The notes under the pieces: model-generated | What the model was told of the DNA's origin: nothing | The model's database searches: none | What the model saw: only the letters and a program-made list of their open reading frames with translations | Translations under genes and position numbers: made by a program | NCBI GenBank assembly: GCA_963664815.2 | Contig: CAXXHB010000003.1 | Span: forward strand, 3,584,001-3,648,000 | Direction of reading: 5' to 3' | Length of the DNA stretch: 64,000 nt | From: Spirochaetota bacterium | GTDB taxonomy: Bacteria; Spirochaetota; UBA4802; UBA5550 | In this document: positions 1 through 8,674 of the stretch, piece by piece | Position numbering within the stretch: position 1 is the stretch's first letter | Layout of the letters: each line of letters opens with the position of its first letter

Positions 1-13
1 CGGGAAATATGGT

Positions 14-41
14 TTGACAAATAAACCGTTTGGTTTATTTT
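14..41 (+). promoter_or_regulatory. sigma70-like promoter overlapped by a palindromic TetR operator
   Basis: TTGACA at 14-19, TATTTT at 36-41; inverted repeat AAATAAACC-gttt-GGTTTATTT at 19-40. Confidence 0.65.
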
Positions 42-47
42 GACAAT

Positions 48-638
48 ATGGATAAAGCAGAACGTACAAGAAATTATATAATTGAAGCAGCCGCTCACGT
101 ATTTAATAAAAAGGGATACAAGGGAACATCCTATTCGGATATAGTTGAAAGCAGCGGTATTTCCAAAGGCGCAATTTATGGGCACTTTGAGAACAAAGAT
201 GAACTCGCCCTGGCTGCCCTTGATCACAATCTTAAACTGGCTTCAAAAATTATTTTTTCAAATGTAAAGAGCAGAAACAACTCCTATGAAAAACTTATTG
301 GATTTGCTCAATCATACAGCTTGTTCTATGAAATAATAAGCAATGCCGGCGGCTGCCCGGTCATTAATGCTGCTGTTGACTCTGATGATGGCCACAATGA
401 GGTCAGGAAAAGGGTTACTAAATTTATTATAATGTGGCAGAATTCTGTAAAAAAAATTGTAAATGAAGGGATTCAAAATGGAGAGCTTAAACAATCCCCT
501 GAAGTCACAGTTTTTTGTGATATATTCATTTCCCTGGTCGAAGGGGGAATAATGCTTTCAAAAGTAATGAATGACAGGAAATATATTGATGATGCATCAA
601 ATTTCCTGGTATCTCTGGTTGAAAAGTTTAAAGTATAA
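48..638 (+). CDS. TetR/AcrR family transcriptional regulator
   Basis: N-terminal HTH (AAAHVFNKKGYKGTSYSDIVESSGISKGAIYGHFENK) and GGCP motif; ATG at 48 preferred over TTG at 30. Confidence 0.92.
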   Translation: MDKAERTRNYIIEAAAHVFNKKGYKGTSYSDIVESSGISKGAIYGHFENKDELALAALDHNLKLASKIIFSNVKSRNNSYEKLIGFAQSYSLFYEIISNAGGCPVINAAVDSDDGHNEVRKRVTKFIIMWQNSVKKIVNEGIQNGELKQSPEVTVFCDIFISLVEGGIMLSKVMNDRKYIDDASNFLVSLVEKFKV

Positions 639-645
639 TTTTTAT

Positions 646-679
646 GCGTATAAATAAACCGATCAGTTTATTTATACGC
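646..679. promoter_or_regulatory. second TetR-type operator (extended palindrome)
   Basis: GCGTATAAATAAAC-cgatca-GTTTATTTATACGC; same AAATAAAC...GTTTATTT core as 19-40. Confidence 0.7.
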
Positions 680-710
680 TATTTAATAAATATTAAAGAG
701 GAGCAAAAGC

Positions 711-1871
711 ATGAAAAACTTTCAATTTGTGAATCCGACAAAAATTATTTTCGGCAAAGGCGAAATAAGAAGGCTTTCAAAAGAAATCCCGGCAGGAAGC
801 AAGGTGCTGGTGATCTTTGGCGGTGGAAGTATAAAAAAAACCGGGCTTTTTAATTCAATAATGGAAGAACTGAAAGACTTTAAAACAGGTGAGTTCGGCG
901 GGATTGAACCCAATCCGACATATGAAACATTGATGAAGGCCGTGGAGCTGATTAAAAGCGAGGGATATAATTACCTCCTTGCAGCAGGAGGGGGCTCGGT
1001 AATTGACGGTACTAAATTTATCGCAGCAGCAGTAACATCAACACATGATGATCCATGGAAACTTGTTACTGATAACCGCGCGGTAAGTAAAGCTTTGCCT
1101 TTTGGCGTTGTGTTAACTCTCCCGGCAAGCGGTTCTGAAATGAACAGCGGCGCTGTTATAACAAGAAAATCAATCCAGACTAAACTTCCATTTTTCGGTC
1201 CTGCGGTCTTACCAAGGTTTTCAATACTCGATCCGGTTTACACCTACACTCTGCCTGAAAAACAGATTGCTAACGGAGTGGTTGATTCATTTATCCATAT
1301 TATGGAGCAGTATCTGACATTTCCGTCTGAAGCAAAAGTTCAGGACCGTTTTTCCGAAGGACTGCTGCACACATTGATAGAAGAGGGGCCAAAGGCTTTG
1401 AAGGATAAAGAAAACTATGATATACGGGCAAATATTATGTGGTGTGCAACTATGGCATATAACGGCCTTATCGGATGTGGTGTTCCGCAGGACTGGTCAA
1501 CGCATATGATAGGCCATGAAATTACAGTTCTATACGGTTTAGATCATGCAGAAACACTGGCGATTGTATTCCCGTCAATGCTTGAAGTTATGAAAGGAGA
1601 AAAGAAAGAAAAACTTTTACAGTATGGCGGGAGAATATGGAATTTGGATATCTCCCTGCCTGAAGAAGACAGAATAGCTCTTGCTATCAGTAAAACCAGG
1701 GATTTCTTCGAGAAGATGGGACTTAAGACACATTTCTCCGGCCATAAACTTGGGAATGAAGCGGTTGATATGATAATAGCAAACCTGAAATCTCACGGTA
1801 TGGTTAAACTCGGTGAGAATGGAACCGTGATACCTGATGTGGCACGTAAAGTTTTAGAGTTGAGTTTATAA
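711..1871 (+). CDS. iron-containing alcohol dehydrogenase (YqhD/BdhA-like)
   Basis: NPTKIIFGKG, GGGS, GGGSVID, GSEMN and metal-binding HMIGHE...HA motifs. Confidence 0.93.
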   Translation: MKNFQFVNPTKIIFGKGEIRRLSKEIPAGSKVLVIFGGGSIKKTGLFNSIMEELKDFKTGEFGGIEPNPTYETLMKAVELIKSEGYNYLLAAGGGSVIDGTKFIAAAVTSTHDDPWKLVTDNRAVSKALPFGVVLTLPASGSEMNSGAVITRKSIQTKLPFFGPAVLPRFSILDPVYTYTLPEKQIANGVVDSFIHIMEQYLTFPSEAKVQDRFSEGLLHTLIEEGPKALKDKENYDIRANIMWCATMAYNGLIGCGVPQDWSTHMIGHEITVLYGLDHAETLAIVFPSMLEVMKGEKKEKLLQYGGRIWNLDISLPEEDRIALAISKTRDFFEKMGLKTHFSGHKLGNEAVDMIIANLKSHGMVKLGENGTVIPDVARKVLELSL

Positions 1872-1919
1872 AAGTGATTACAGATTCAGGCTGATAAAAT
1901 TACAGCTTAAGGAATTTAT

Positions 1920-2009
1920 ATCAATTTAAAATTTTTGCAGATTGGCGACGATGCAAAAGCAGCAACTATAACAATCAACAGGCCCGGTGGGGATACAGAT
2001 TATAATTAA
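1920..2009 (+). pseudogene. possible 5' remnant of an enoyl-CoA hydratase gene
   Basis: After RBS AAGGAA the frame reads (I)NLKFLQIGDDAKAATITINRP then stops; ATITINRP is typical of crotonase N-termini. Confidence 0.4.
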
Positions 2010-2023
2010 ATAAAGTAAAATAT

Positions 2024-2048
2024 TCCCGAAGACACACGATCTTCGGGA
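2024..2048. terminator. hairpin between convergent units
   Basis: TCCCGAAGA-cacacga-TCTTCGGGA. Confidence 0.45.
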
Positions 2049-2183
2049 TACATACAGGATTGTAAAAATAAAATCAGAGGATATTCAGCTGATATTATTT
2101 TAGACTACTCAAATTTTTTAATATGTTACTTTTTCAACAGACTCCTTTGTTATATGAAGAACACGTGCTTATACATATAAGTA

Positions 2184-3155
2184 TTAGACTAACTTACCTT
2201 TTGAAAAATTTACTACACCAAAAGATGTTAAACATTTATACATCAAAAAATTGATAGATTGTTTTAAGCTGTAATTTCCATGATTTCTTGGGCCAATCAT
2301 AATACTTTCAAAAATATCTGATAGCTCTCTTTGTTTTGGTAGATTATATGGAGAATCAGTTTCAAATATTATTTTATAAACTGTTTTGATTATATTCCCT
2401 TTCATAACCGGATGAATATTTTTGTTACCTGGACCTTCTGCAATTATTAAAATTCTCCATTCGGCTTCTTCTTGATGAAAATCGGCTTTAATCATTGAAG
2501 CGAAAATATATATCATTGAAATAAAATAATTTTTAAAGAAAACCTCATCATAGTCATTTGTTGTTTCAATAAATTTGTGGTATGCTTCTTCAAGAAAATT
2601 ACTTACTAGCGATTTAAAATTCTTAATTTGAATTGAAGATTCTACATATTCGCCGTTAAAATAATTAATAGGAAATAAATAACAAAAATAAGTGGAATTA
2701 CTTCTGGTTTTGATATTTTCAATTAATTTTTTTGTAATCATTTTAAATGATAAACCTCCTCCATTATCCCCATAGTTTATCCATTGTGAAAGGGAGTCTT
2801 CTTTTTGTGATAATGAAAAGATAAAAGTAGGTTTATCATAAAAAAAATATTCTTGAAATAACGGAGCTTCTTCATGAAGCTCTAGGACTTTAATAATTTC
2901 ATCACAGTATTTGTTTTTTTCGTTAATCAATATATTTTTAATAACTTTAACACCAAAACTTACTTCTGTGGGATCATTCATATCCTTAATATTCGATAAC
3001 CATAGCTCTCCATTATTGATAATATTAAAAACACTATTTTGAGACGAGTAATGATATAAGTAATCTGGAATTTTATCTATAAATTCAAAAGCTGTAAATA
3101 GTTCATTTGCTTTATTGATAAATTCCCCAATCATTTTGATTACTTTAAGTTCCAT
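2184..3155 (-). CDS. DUF2971-like protein, cassette-like
   Basis: LYHYSS, LWLSNI..MNDP.E, DSLSQWINYG, K..F..E.EWR motifs; markedly AT-rich. Confidence 0.8.
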   Translation of the reverse strand: MELKVIKMIGEFINKANELFTAFEFIDKIPDYLYHYSSQNSVFNIINNGELWLSNIKDMNDPTEVSFGVKVIKNILINEKNKYCDEIIKVLELHEEAPLFQEYFFYDKPTFIFSLSQKEDSLSQWINYGDNGGGLSFKMITKKLIENIKTRSNSTYFCYLFPINYFNGEYVESSIQIKNFKSLVSNFLEEAYHKFIETTNDYDEVFFKNYFISMIYIFASMIKADFHQEEAEWRILIIAEGPGNKNIHPVMKGNIIKTVYKIIFETDSPYNLPKQRELSDIFESIMIGPRNHGNYSLKQSINFLMYKCLTSFGVVNFSKGKLV

Positions 3156-3287
3156 GTTTTTCTTCTTTTGATTTAAGTTTATATTACAAAAAGTCACACG
3201 CGTTTTTCATACAACGTTAAGAATAGTACCTTAATCCATCTTCTCCGATTGAGATACTCTTCAAGTTGGCCGGCTTTTTTACAACAT

Positions 3288-3378
3288 CACTTCGACGCCG
3301 CTAATGTCGATGCAGCTCAATACAGGCAGTGCATCGCCTGTTATATGCCGACAGGGGGTCACTGAGCCAGCCGAAGTG
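3288..3378. repeat. REP-like palindromic element
   Basis: Ends CACTTCGAC...GTCACTGAGCCAGCCGAAGTG (CACTTCG/CGAAGTG inverted repeat). Confidence 0.5.
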
Positions 3379-3642
3379 CAAACGTCATGTTTGCTCGACA
3401 GAACCGCCTGAACAACAGCCCGACACAATATTAATGGATTTTAAATTACCGGATTTATAATTGCAAGAATAATTCGTATGTTGAAATTTGAATAAATAAA
3501 CAATTGCATCTTTATAACAACCAATATATCTGCTTTTAAATTACTGTTAAACGATACTTTCCGGAATAAATTATCATTATTTCTCAGTTATCAGAATAAA
3601 AGTATCCCTTCATGGTCTTTTTATAGTTCCATAATCATAGTA

Positions 3643-3900
3643 TTAATCTGCAGATAATAATCTACAACCGCCCTGGTTTGCCGGAGGTGAACGATACTTC
3701 ACCGGTTCAGGAATCTCTTCCACTACAAGCCTTCCTGTTTTGCATGCAGGGCAGCATGAAAGATCTTTACCTGTGACGCGCAGATAGATTTCACTCCATG
3801 TCTGCGGTATACATTCATTCTTCTTTTGAATTTCTTAAAACTCACACATGCCTCAACAGCCTTCTTTTTGTTTCTGTGTGATTGAATTCCGAAGTACCAA
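3643..3900 (-). pseudogene. IS91-family transposase C-terminal remnant (frameshifted)
   Basis: WYFGIQSHRNKKKAVEAC, then in another frame PQTWSEIYLRVTGKDLSCCPACKTGRL...YRSPP, resembling IS91-type Tnp C-termini. Confidence 0.72.
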
Positions 3901-4114
3901 CAGGGCAAACAATCCTGCCCTTTGCCGGATGTTTCTTGGTCAGCCTCTGGCGGAGCAGAATGAGTTATTCAAAGAGCTTCCTGAGGATACAACATTTCTG
4001 TTGTGGAAATATTTCAGGAACTGTTTTGATACTTTAGAAAAGTACTTGCATTTTAAAATATTCCTGTTGTATTGTAATACATGCTATGAATTGAATATAA
4101 ATAAGGTGATTATT

Positions 4115-4552
4115 ATGAGGAATGTTTTATTCTCTATATTGTTCTTTTCATTTTTAATTATATTGCCAGGGTGTGGCAATTCTCCGGTAGAAGATGGTTA
4201 CTGCAGAATTTTGTCAAATATGTCAGATACTGCCGATAAATTACTCATCAAAGCAAAAAATGAAACTAATCCATATATGATTGAACAGATAGGATTTGAA
4301 TATGACAGATGGGCCGGCGTTTACGCTGGAAGTTTAAAAAGTGATTATGGCGAATCAGTAAAAATGAGGGAACTTGCCAAAAGTCAAAAGAAGGCTTTAG
4401 AGGCATATATAGTAAAGGAAGATGCTTTATCAAATTATCTTACTGAACGCTGGGCGAAACTTGCGAAAGAACATTCCGACAAAGCATGGGCGTACGATAA
4501 GGCAGCAAGATTAGTCAGGCAAAGTCGAACCAAGTTTACATTTTCATTGTAG
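4115..4552 (+). CDS. hypothetical lipoprotein
   Basis: RBS AAGGTGA, signal peptide MRNVLFSILFFSFLIILPG-C; true start 4115 lies inside ORF 3848..4552. Confidence 0.7.
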   Translation: MRNVLFSILFFSFLIILPGCGNSPVEDGYCRILSNMSDTADKLLIKAKNETNPYMIEQIGFEYDRWAGVYAGSLKSDYGESVKMRELAKSQKKALEAYIVKEDALSNYLTERWAKLAKEHSDKAWAYDKAARLVRQSRTKFTFSL

Positions 4553-4558
4553 CTGTTT

Positions 4559-5082
4559 TTACATCATCCGGGAATATCCATTCCCGGAATACAAATCCAT
4601 TTCATAATACACCTTTTTATGCAACACAGGTTTATTAACCGTTTCATCCATTTTTACTTCAACAGATCCCGCCCCTTTATACATCCTCTGTGCAGGAATA
4701 AAAAATCCATTATCCCTATTGAAACCAGCGCACTCTTAAAACCTTTATCTTTCTGTATATTTACTGCAATCCTCATCTGATCAATCCCCAGACCAATCCC
4801 TTTATAAACAGCTATAATGCAATTATGCCCTATTTCAGCAACCGGATATTTCACGGGATTCCAGCTGCACATCCCAGCAATGTTTTCATTATACCCGGAT
4901 AAGAATGAACAGTTATCCTCTGCTTCAGGATTGTCATAAAAAAAGGCATCACACTCTCTGAAATAACGATAATTATCATCACGGTATTGAAGATACTCTT
5001 TATGCAATGGCTCATATGCTTCAACAAGCAGCATTTCAATTGTCCCCTTCGGATATTCCAGTATGGATTTTACTATGAGCAT
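4559..5082 (-). pseudogene. GNAT acetyltransferase with a 1-nt frameshift
   Basis: Motif A YKGIGLG; adding one T to the run at 4700-4705 restores DFFIPAQRMYKGAG (motif B) and a stop at 4559. Confidence 0.7.
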
Positions 5083-5223
5083 AAATTCTTCTTTTATATA
5101 TAAGTTTCATGTGGCAAGCTGCTGCGGATCGGGTGAACAGCCAGGTCGCTGTTAAGTTACAGCCCGTTTAATAAAACAACCCGTCATATTTTTTCAAAAA
5201 GAGAATATAACCGTTTTGCATAT

Positions 5224-5526
5224 CTATATCAGGTAATGCCCGGCAACAGATATTAATGTTCCAAGTATAACTGACATTGCAGCCATTATCAGCGGTGCTT
5301 TTCTGTCACTCTCATCTCCTGATACAATTAATATAACCGGAAGCGCCAGGCAGAGTGAAATGAAACCACCCTTTAACCACCATGAAAGGAATGGCAGGTT
5401 TATATTCAGAATAACAATTGATACGAAAAAATAATGTATATATGCTGAAACTGTTGATCTTTTATCAAGCTCCTGAATGATCATCGGTAAAATATCAATT
5501 ACACCGGCTATCAAACCAACACCCAT
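5224..5526 (-). CDS. small 4-TM membrane protein, possibly 5'-truncated
   Basis: Hydrophobic ORF GLIAGVIDILPM...; no clear RBS. Confidence 0.6.
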   Translation of the reverse strand: MGVGLIAGVIDILPMIIQELDKRSTVSAYIHYFFVSIVILNINLPFLSWWLKGGFISLCLALPVILIVSGDESDRKAPLIMAAMSVILGTLISVAGHYLI

Positions 5527-5669
5527 TGTTATCTGCTTAATATCTTTATACCGCTGATAAAGACCAGCGGTCTTTTTTGGAAGCTACGTTAAGACTTCTA
5601 TAAGTTATGTAATGTTGGACGGCTTAAAATTCAGAGCCGGCCACGGATGTGAGGCCCTTGAACATTTCA

Positions 5670-6140
5670 CTATTTCTTCAAATCTATTGCTTTCCGAACA
5701 AACTCACCAGGCAATGATGTTCTCCTACAAATATCCTCAACCGTCATTCCTGATTGGAAGTATCGAATTGCTACAGATTCCATTGATTCCCCCACTTCGA
5801 TAATGTGATAATCCAGGTCATAAAATCGCATTACCCTTTGTCCCCATGGCTGCTCTCTTACCTCATGAATAAATTCTACTCCTATTTCTTTCATTTCATC
5901 ACATACCCTGCCGATTTCGTCTGTTTCAAAATATAATTCAAAGTTATTAGATCTCTTCAGGATATTGTTCGGCCCTATCCCTAGCAACTTTTCATAATGT
6001 TCTTCTAGATGAATAGAAAAACCTCCATCAAATTCTATGTTTTCGCCAAAATCGTATTTTACTTTTTGTCCCAACCTCTCATAAAAATCCCTTGATCTTT
6101 GTATATCTTTCACCACTATTAGAGGACAAACGTATTTCAT
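5670..6140 (-). CDS. VOC/glyoxalase family protein
   Basis: LIVVKDIQRSRDFYE, ELYFE, EQPWGQRVMRFYDLDYHIIEVGE. Confidence 0.88.
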   Translation of the reverse strand: MKYVCPLIVVKDIQRSRDFYERLGQKVKYDFGENIEFDGGFSIHLEEHYEKLLGIGPNNILKRSNNFELYFETDEIGRVCDEMKEIGVEFIHEVREQPWGQRVMRFYDLDYHIIEVGESMESVAIRYFQSGMTVEDICRRTSLPGEFVRKAIDLKK

Positions 6141-6283
6141 TTTCTTACCCCACATTCTTTCTTTTAAAAGACCGGCGCCTATGGATGGGCGCACCACTCG
6201 TCCAATTTTATATAACTTTTTCTTATCCGCATTGTGCATAAGAAGCTATAAAACCATGAAAAGCGCTGTATTTCACGTAAGAA

Positions 6284-6512
6284 TCATATGTCAAGAGGAC
6301 TCTTAATGTTTTTCAATTTTCCCGCGCTTACATGTGTATAAATCATCATACATCCGGGACTTTGGTGTCCAGGTAGTTCCTGTATATATCGTATATCTAT
6401 ACCCTGTTCAGGCAGATGTGCAGCAAAGCTATGCCTTAAAGAATAAACTGTAACTGCTTTTTTATACCAGCTTTTATAACAGCCCGCTTAAAAAATATTC
6501 TGTACAGATCTC
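6284..6512 (-). pseudogene. tyrosine recombinase (integron-integrase/XerD-like) C-terminal remnant
   Basis: RSVQNIF..KRAVIKAGIKK..VTVYSLRHSFAAHLPEQGIDIRYIQELPGHQSPGCMMIYTHVSAGKLKNIKSPLDI*; frameshifts in homopolymer runs. Confidence 0.85.
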
Positions 6513-7010
6513 CCTTAGATGGGGCTATATGAATTTCATTTTTATTCATCACTGCAGCCGGCTATTAATACATATCAGAATTGTTTATATTTCAATGCTT
6601 TTTTTAGTATTCAAATAAATATCAGAGTTATTTCCAGATTGATATCTCCAGCACTCAGGAAACCTTGAGTGGGTTTTTTTAAGGGGCTTCGCCCCTTATG
6701 CCCTGTAAAAAAAAAGTTGCCCCTGCTTACAAAACCGGTAATCACGTTGTTGAGTTGGGGTTTCCGCGTAATGGAGGAATATGAAAAAATGTTACAAACA
6801 CAAATCATGCCGAAAACTGCTGTACACTGCAGCGATTATATCCCATCTGTCGCCATGTATATGCCTTTTATCCGCCACGAATCCGCCATGTATCCGGCGA
6901 AGTAACATCAGAATTTTTTTTCTTTTCCCGGAAAATTTTTAAATTTTCCGGCATCTTAAACCACACCGCTCCCCGGGTTTTTTTAAGTAAAACCGGAAAT
7001 GCTATAGTTA

Positions 7011-7044
7011 CCCCTCGCCATTTGGAGAGGGGCCGGGGGTGAGG
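7011..7044. repeat. REP-like GC-rich palindrome
   Basis: CCCCTCGCCA-tt-TGGAGAGGGG followed by CCGGGGGTGAGG. Confidence 0.55.
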
Positions 7045-7189
7045 TCTGCATCGTGCATCAGCTTGTTCTGATTCAAATTCACTTCAGATTTATGACAAAA
7101 TCCAAACTCTGTTTACAGAGTATTCAGTATCGCTTCAATTTCGCCTCAAACACGCTACTGACAGCTATAAACGCGCTTTTTTCTCTGTT

Positions 7190-7693
7190 TTAAACGGTAT
7201 TGAAACGGTTTTTAACAGGGTCTACATACTGCCTGAGTCCTGTTTTAACAGTTTCACCTCTGTCTTTTACTGCATTAATATTACTCTGTCCATCTGCTGA
7301 TCTGCTGTTTTCTGAATAATAACCGGCATATTCTGAAATTTCACCGGAGGCGGATACAACCACTGCATCCCCTGTACCGCCGCTTCCCGATGGGGTAACA
7401 GGTGAACCTGGTGCAATGCCGCGAAGGTATTCCGACATAAAAAGATTGTACCCTGACTTTCTCTTCCTCTTTGCCCTGTTTCTGTAAAGGGCTTTCTCCT
7501 CTTCCGGAAGAACCTGCCAGGCCTTTACGCCGCCGCCGAAATTACCCCGGCACTTCACCTGCGGTTCAGTTCGCGGATTGGAGGGTATTGTACGTGCCTT
7601 AATGTAGATTTTACCATAGCGCCTGTAAAGAACAAGACCATCCAGGCCACCATGCGCAGTTCTTAAATAGGGATGAAGCTTAACTTTTGCCAT
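7190..7693 (-). CDS. basic hypothetical protein (DUF6266-like N-terminus)
   Basis: RBS AGGAG; GGLDGLVLYRRYGKIYIK..PSNPRTEPQ...SGYNLFMSEYL. Confidence 0.65.
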   Translation of the reverse strand: MAKVKLHPYLRTAHGGLDGLVLYRRYGKIYIKARTIPSNPRTEPQVKCRGNFGGGVKAWQVLPEEEKALYRNRAKRKRKSGYNLFMSEYLRGIAPGSPVTPSGSGGTGDAVVVSASGEISEYAGYYSENSRSADGQSNINAVKDRGETVKTGLRQYVDPVKNRFNTV

Positions 7694-7874
7694 ACATTTA
7701 TCTCCTTTTTCATTATTACTTTTTTATTGTTATATTGAAACTTATGTCTCTTATAACCAGTGCGGAAAAACAAATGACATGGGGCAAGCAGATTTTTTAA
7801 AAATGTTACCAGATTGGATTACGGACATGTTGCTTTGCCACCTCCGGTGGGCTGAGCGGTTACGGCTGCTTAAG

Positions 7875-7917
7875 GTATACTATACAGACAGTGTATACTA
7901 TACAGACAGTGTATACT
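7875..7917. repeat. 18-bp tandem repeat (about 2.4 copies)
   Basis: GTATACTATACAGACAGT x2 plus GTATACT. Confidence 0.9.
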
Positions 7918-7975
7918 CAAAGAGTAATGATTAAAACCAAATTTACAAAAGATGCTCTTCCTTGCCCCTTCCAGG

Positions 7976-8130
7976 GGTGCGGGGTCTTAGGAGTCCAGGT
8001 TGCTGAAGGTATACTATACAAACAGTTCTTCTTTGCCCCTTCTGGGCGCCCGAGCGTAGCGACAAAGTACCCCTGGGGTAGGTGCGGGGTCTTAGAAGTC
8101 CAGGTTGCTGAAGGTATACTATACAAACAG
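7976..8130. repeat. 50-bp direct repeat (7976-8025 and 8081-8130)
   Basis: GGTGCGGGGTCTTAG(G/A)AGTCCAGGTTGCTGAAGGTATACTATACAAACAG, one mismatch. Confidence 0.9.
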
Positions 8131-8149
8131 ATGTATCAACAATTACCAT
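8105..8149 (-). pseudogene. VapC/PIN toxin 5' remnant
   Basis: MVIVDTSVCIVYL resembles the PIN start M-x-x-VDTSVWIEYL; overlaps the antitoxin stop. Confidence 0.6.
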
Positions 8150-8361
8150 CGTCTGCGATTCAATTCTCTATTTCCTGAGGCAGAAAAATCTTTAGAAAAC
8201 TCAAGAGGCTTTTTCATTATACCTTCATTCAGAAATTGAATTTTCTTCAGAGAAAGCCATTCTTCTAATGCAGTAATAAGACTTTTGGTAATGTTTTTAC
8301 CGCCTGCGTACTGTTTTACATCTTTAATTAAATCATCCGGAATAAGTGCTGTTACTTTCAT
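8143..8361 (-). CDS. VapB-like (DUF2191-type) antitoxin
   Basis: MKVTALIPDDLIKDVKQYAGGKNITKSLITALEEWL ribbon-helix-helix pattern directly upstream of a PIN remnant. Confidence 0.7.
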   Translation of the reverse strand: MKVTALIPDDLIKDVKQYAGGKNITKSLITALEEWLSLKKIQFLNEGIMKKPLEFSKDFSASGNRELNRRRW

Positions 8362-8674
8362 AAGTAAAAACATATCGTATTTGTCAATAGTGAAATGTTG
8401 AAAATTCAGGGGACTGGAAAAAATTTAACACAATTTGCGCCCTATGTACTCATAATTTCCGGAAATTATCCGCTGATTGGAGAGATAATTATTTACAGGA
8501 TTTTTTATTTTTACGGTAAAATCATCGGTTTATTTTTACATTACAAAGTCCGGGAGAAAACAGGATTCAAATTCTATGCCTGTGCCGGGTATTTTCAAAT
8601 CAAGTCTGATACATAAGCGATTGAGAAAGGATGCATGTTATCCGCCATCTGTATTACACAGCTCTACAGATGTT

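Noticed and set aside
3848-4114. N-terminal extension of ORF 3848..4552
   Set aside because: Overlaps the IS91 remnant; RBS and signal peptide point to a start at 4115
6611-6905. Short ORFs 6611..6808 and 6669..6905
   Set aside because: No RBS or family motif; probably non-coding or degraded sequence
7875-8130. CRISPR array
   Set aside because: Only two 50-bp copies plus degenerate fragments, the spacers share sequence, and there are no cas genes
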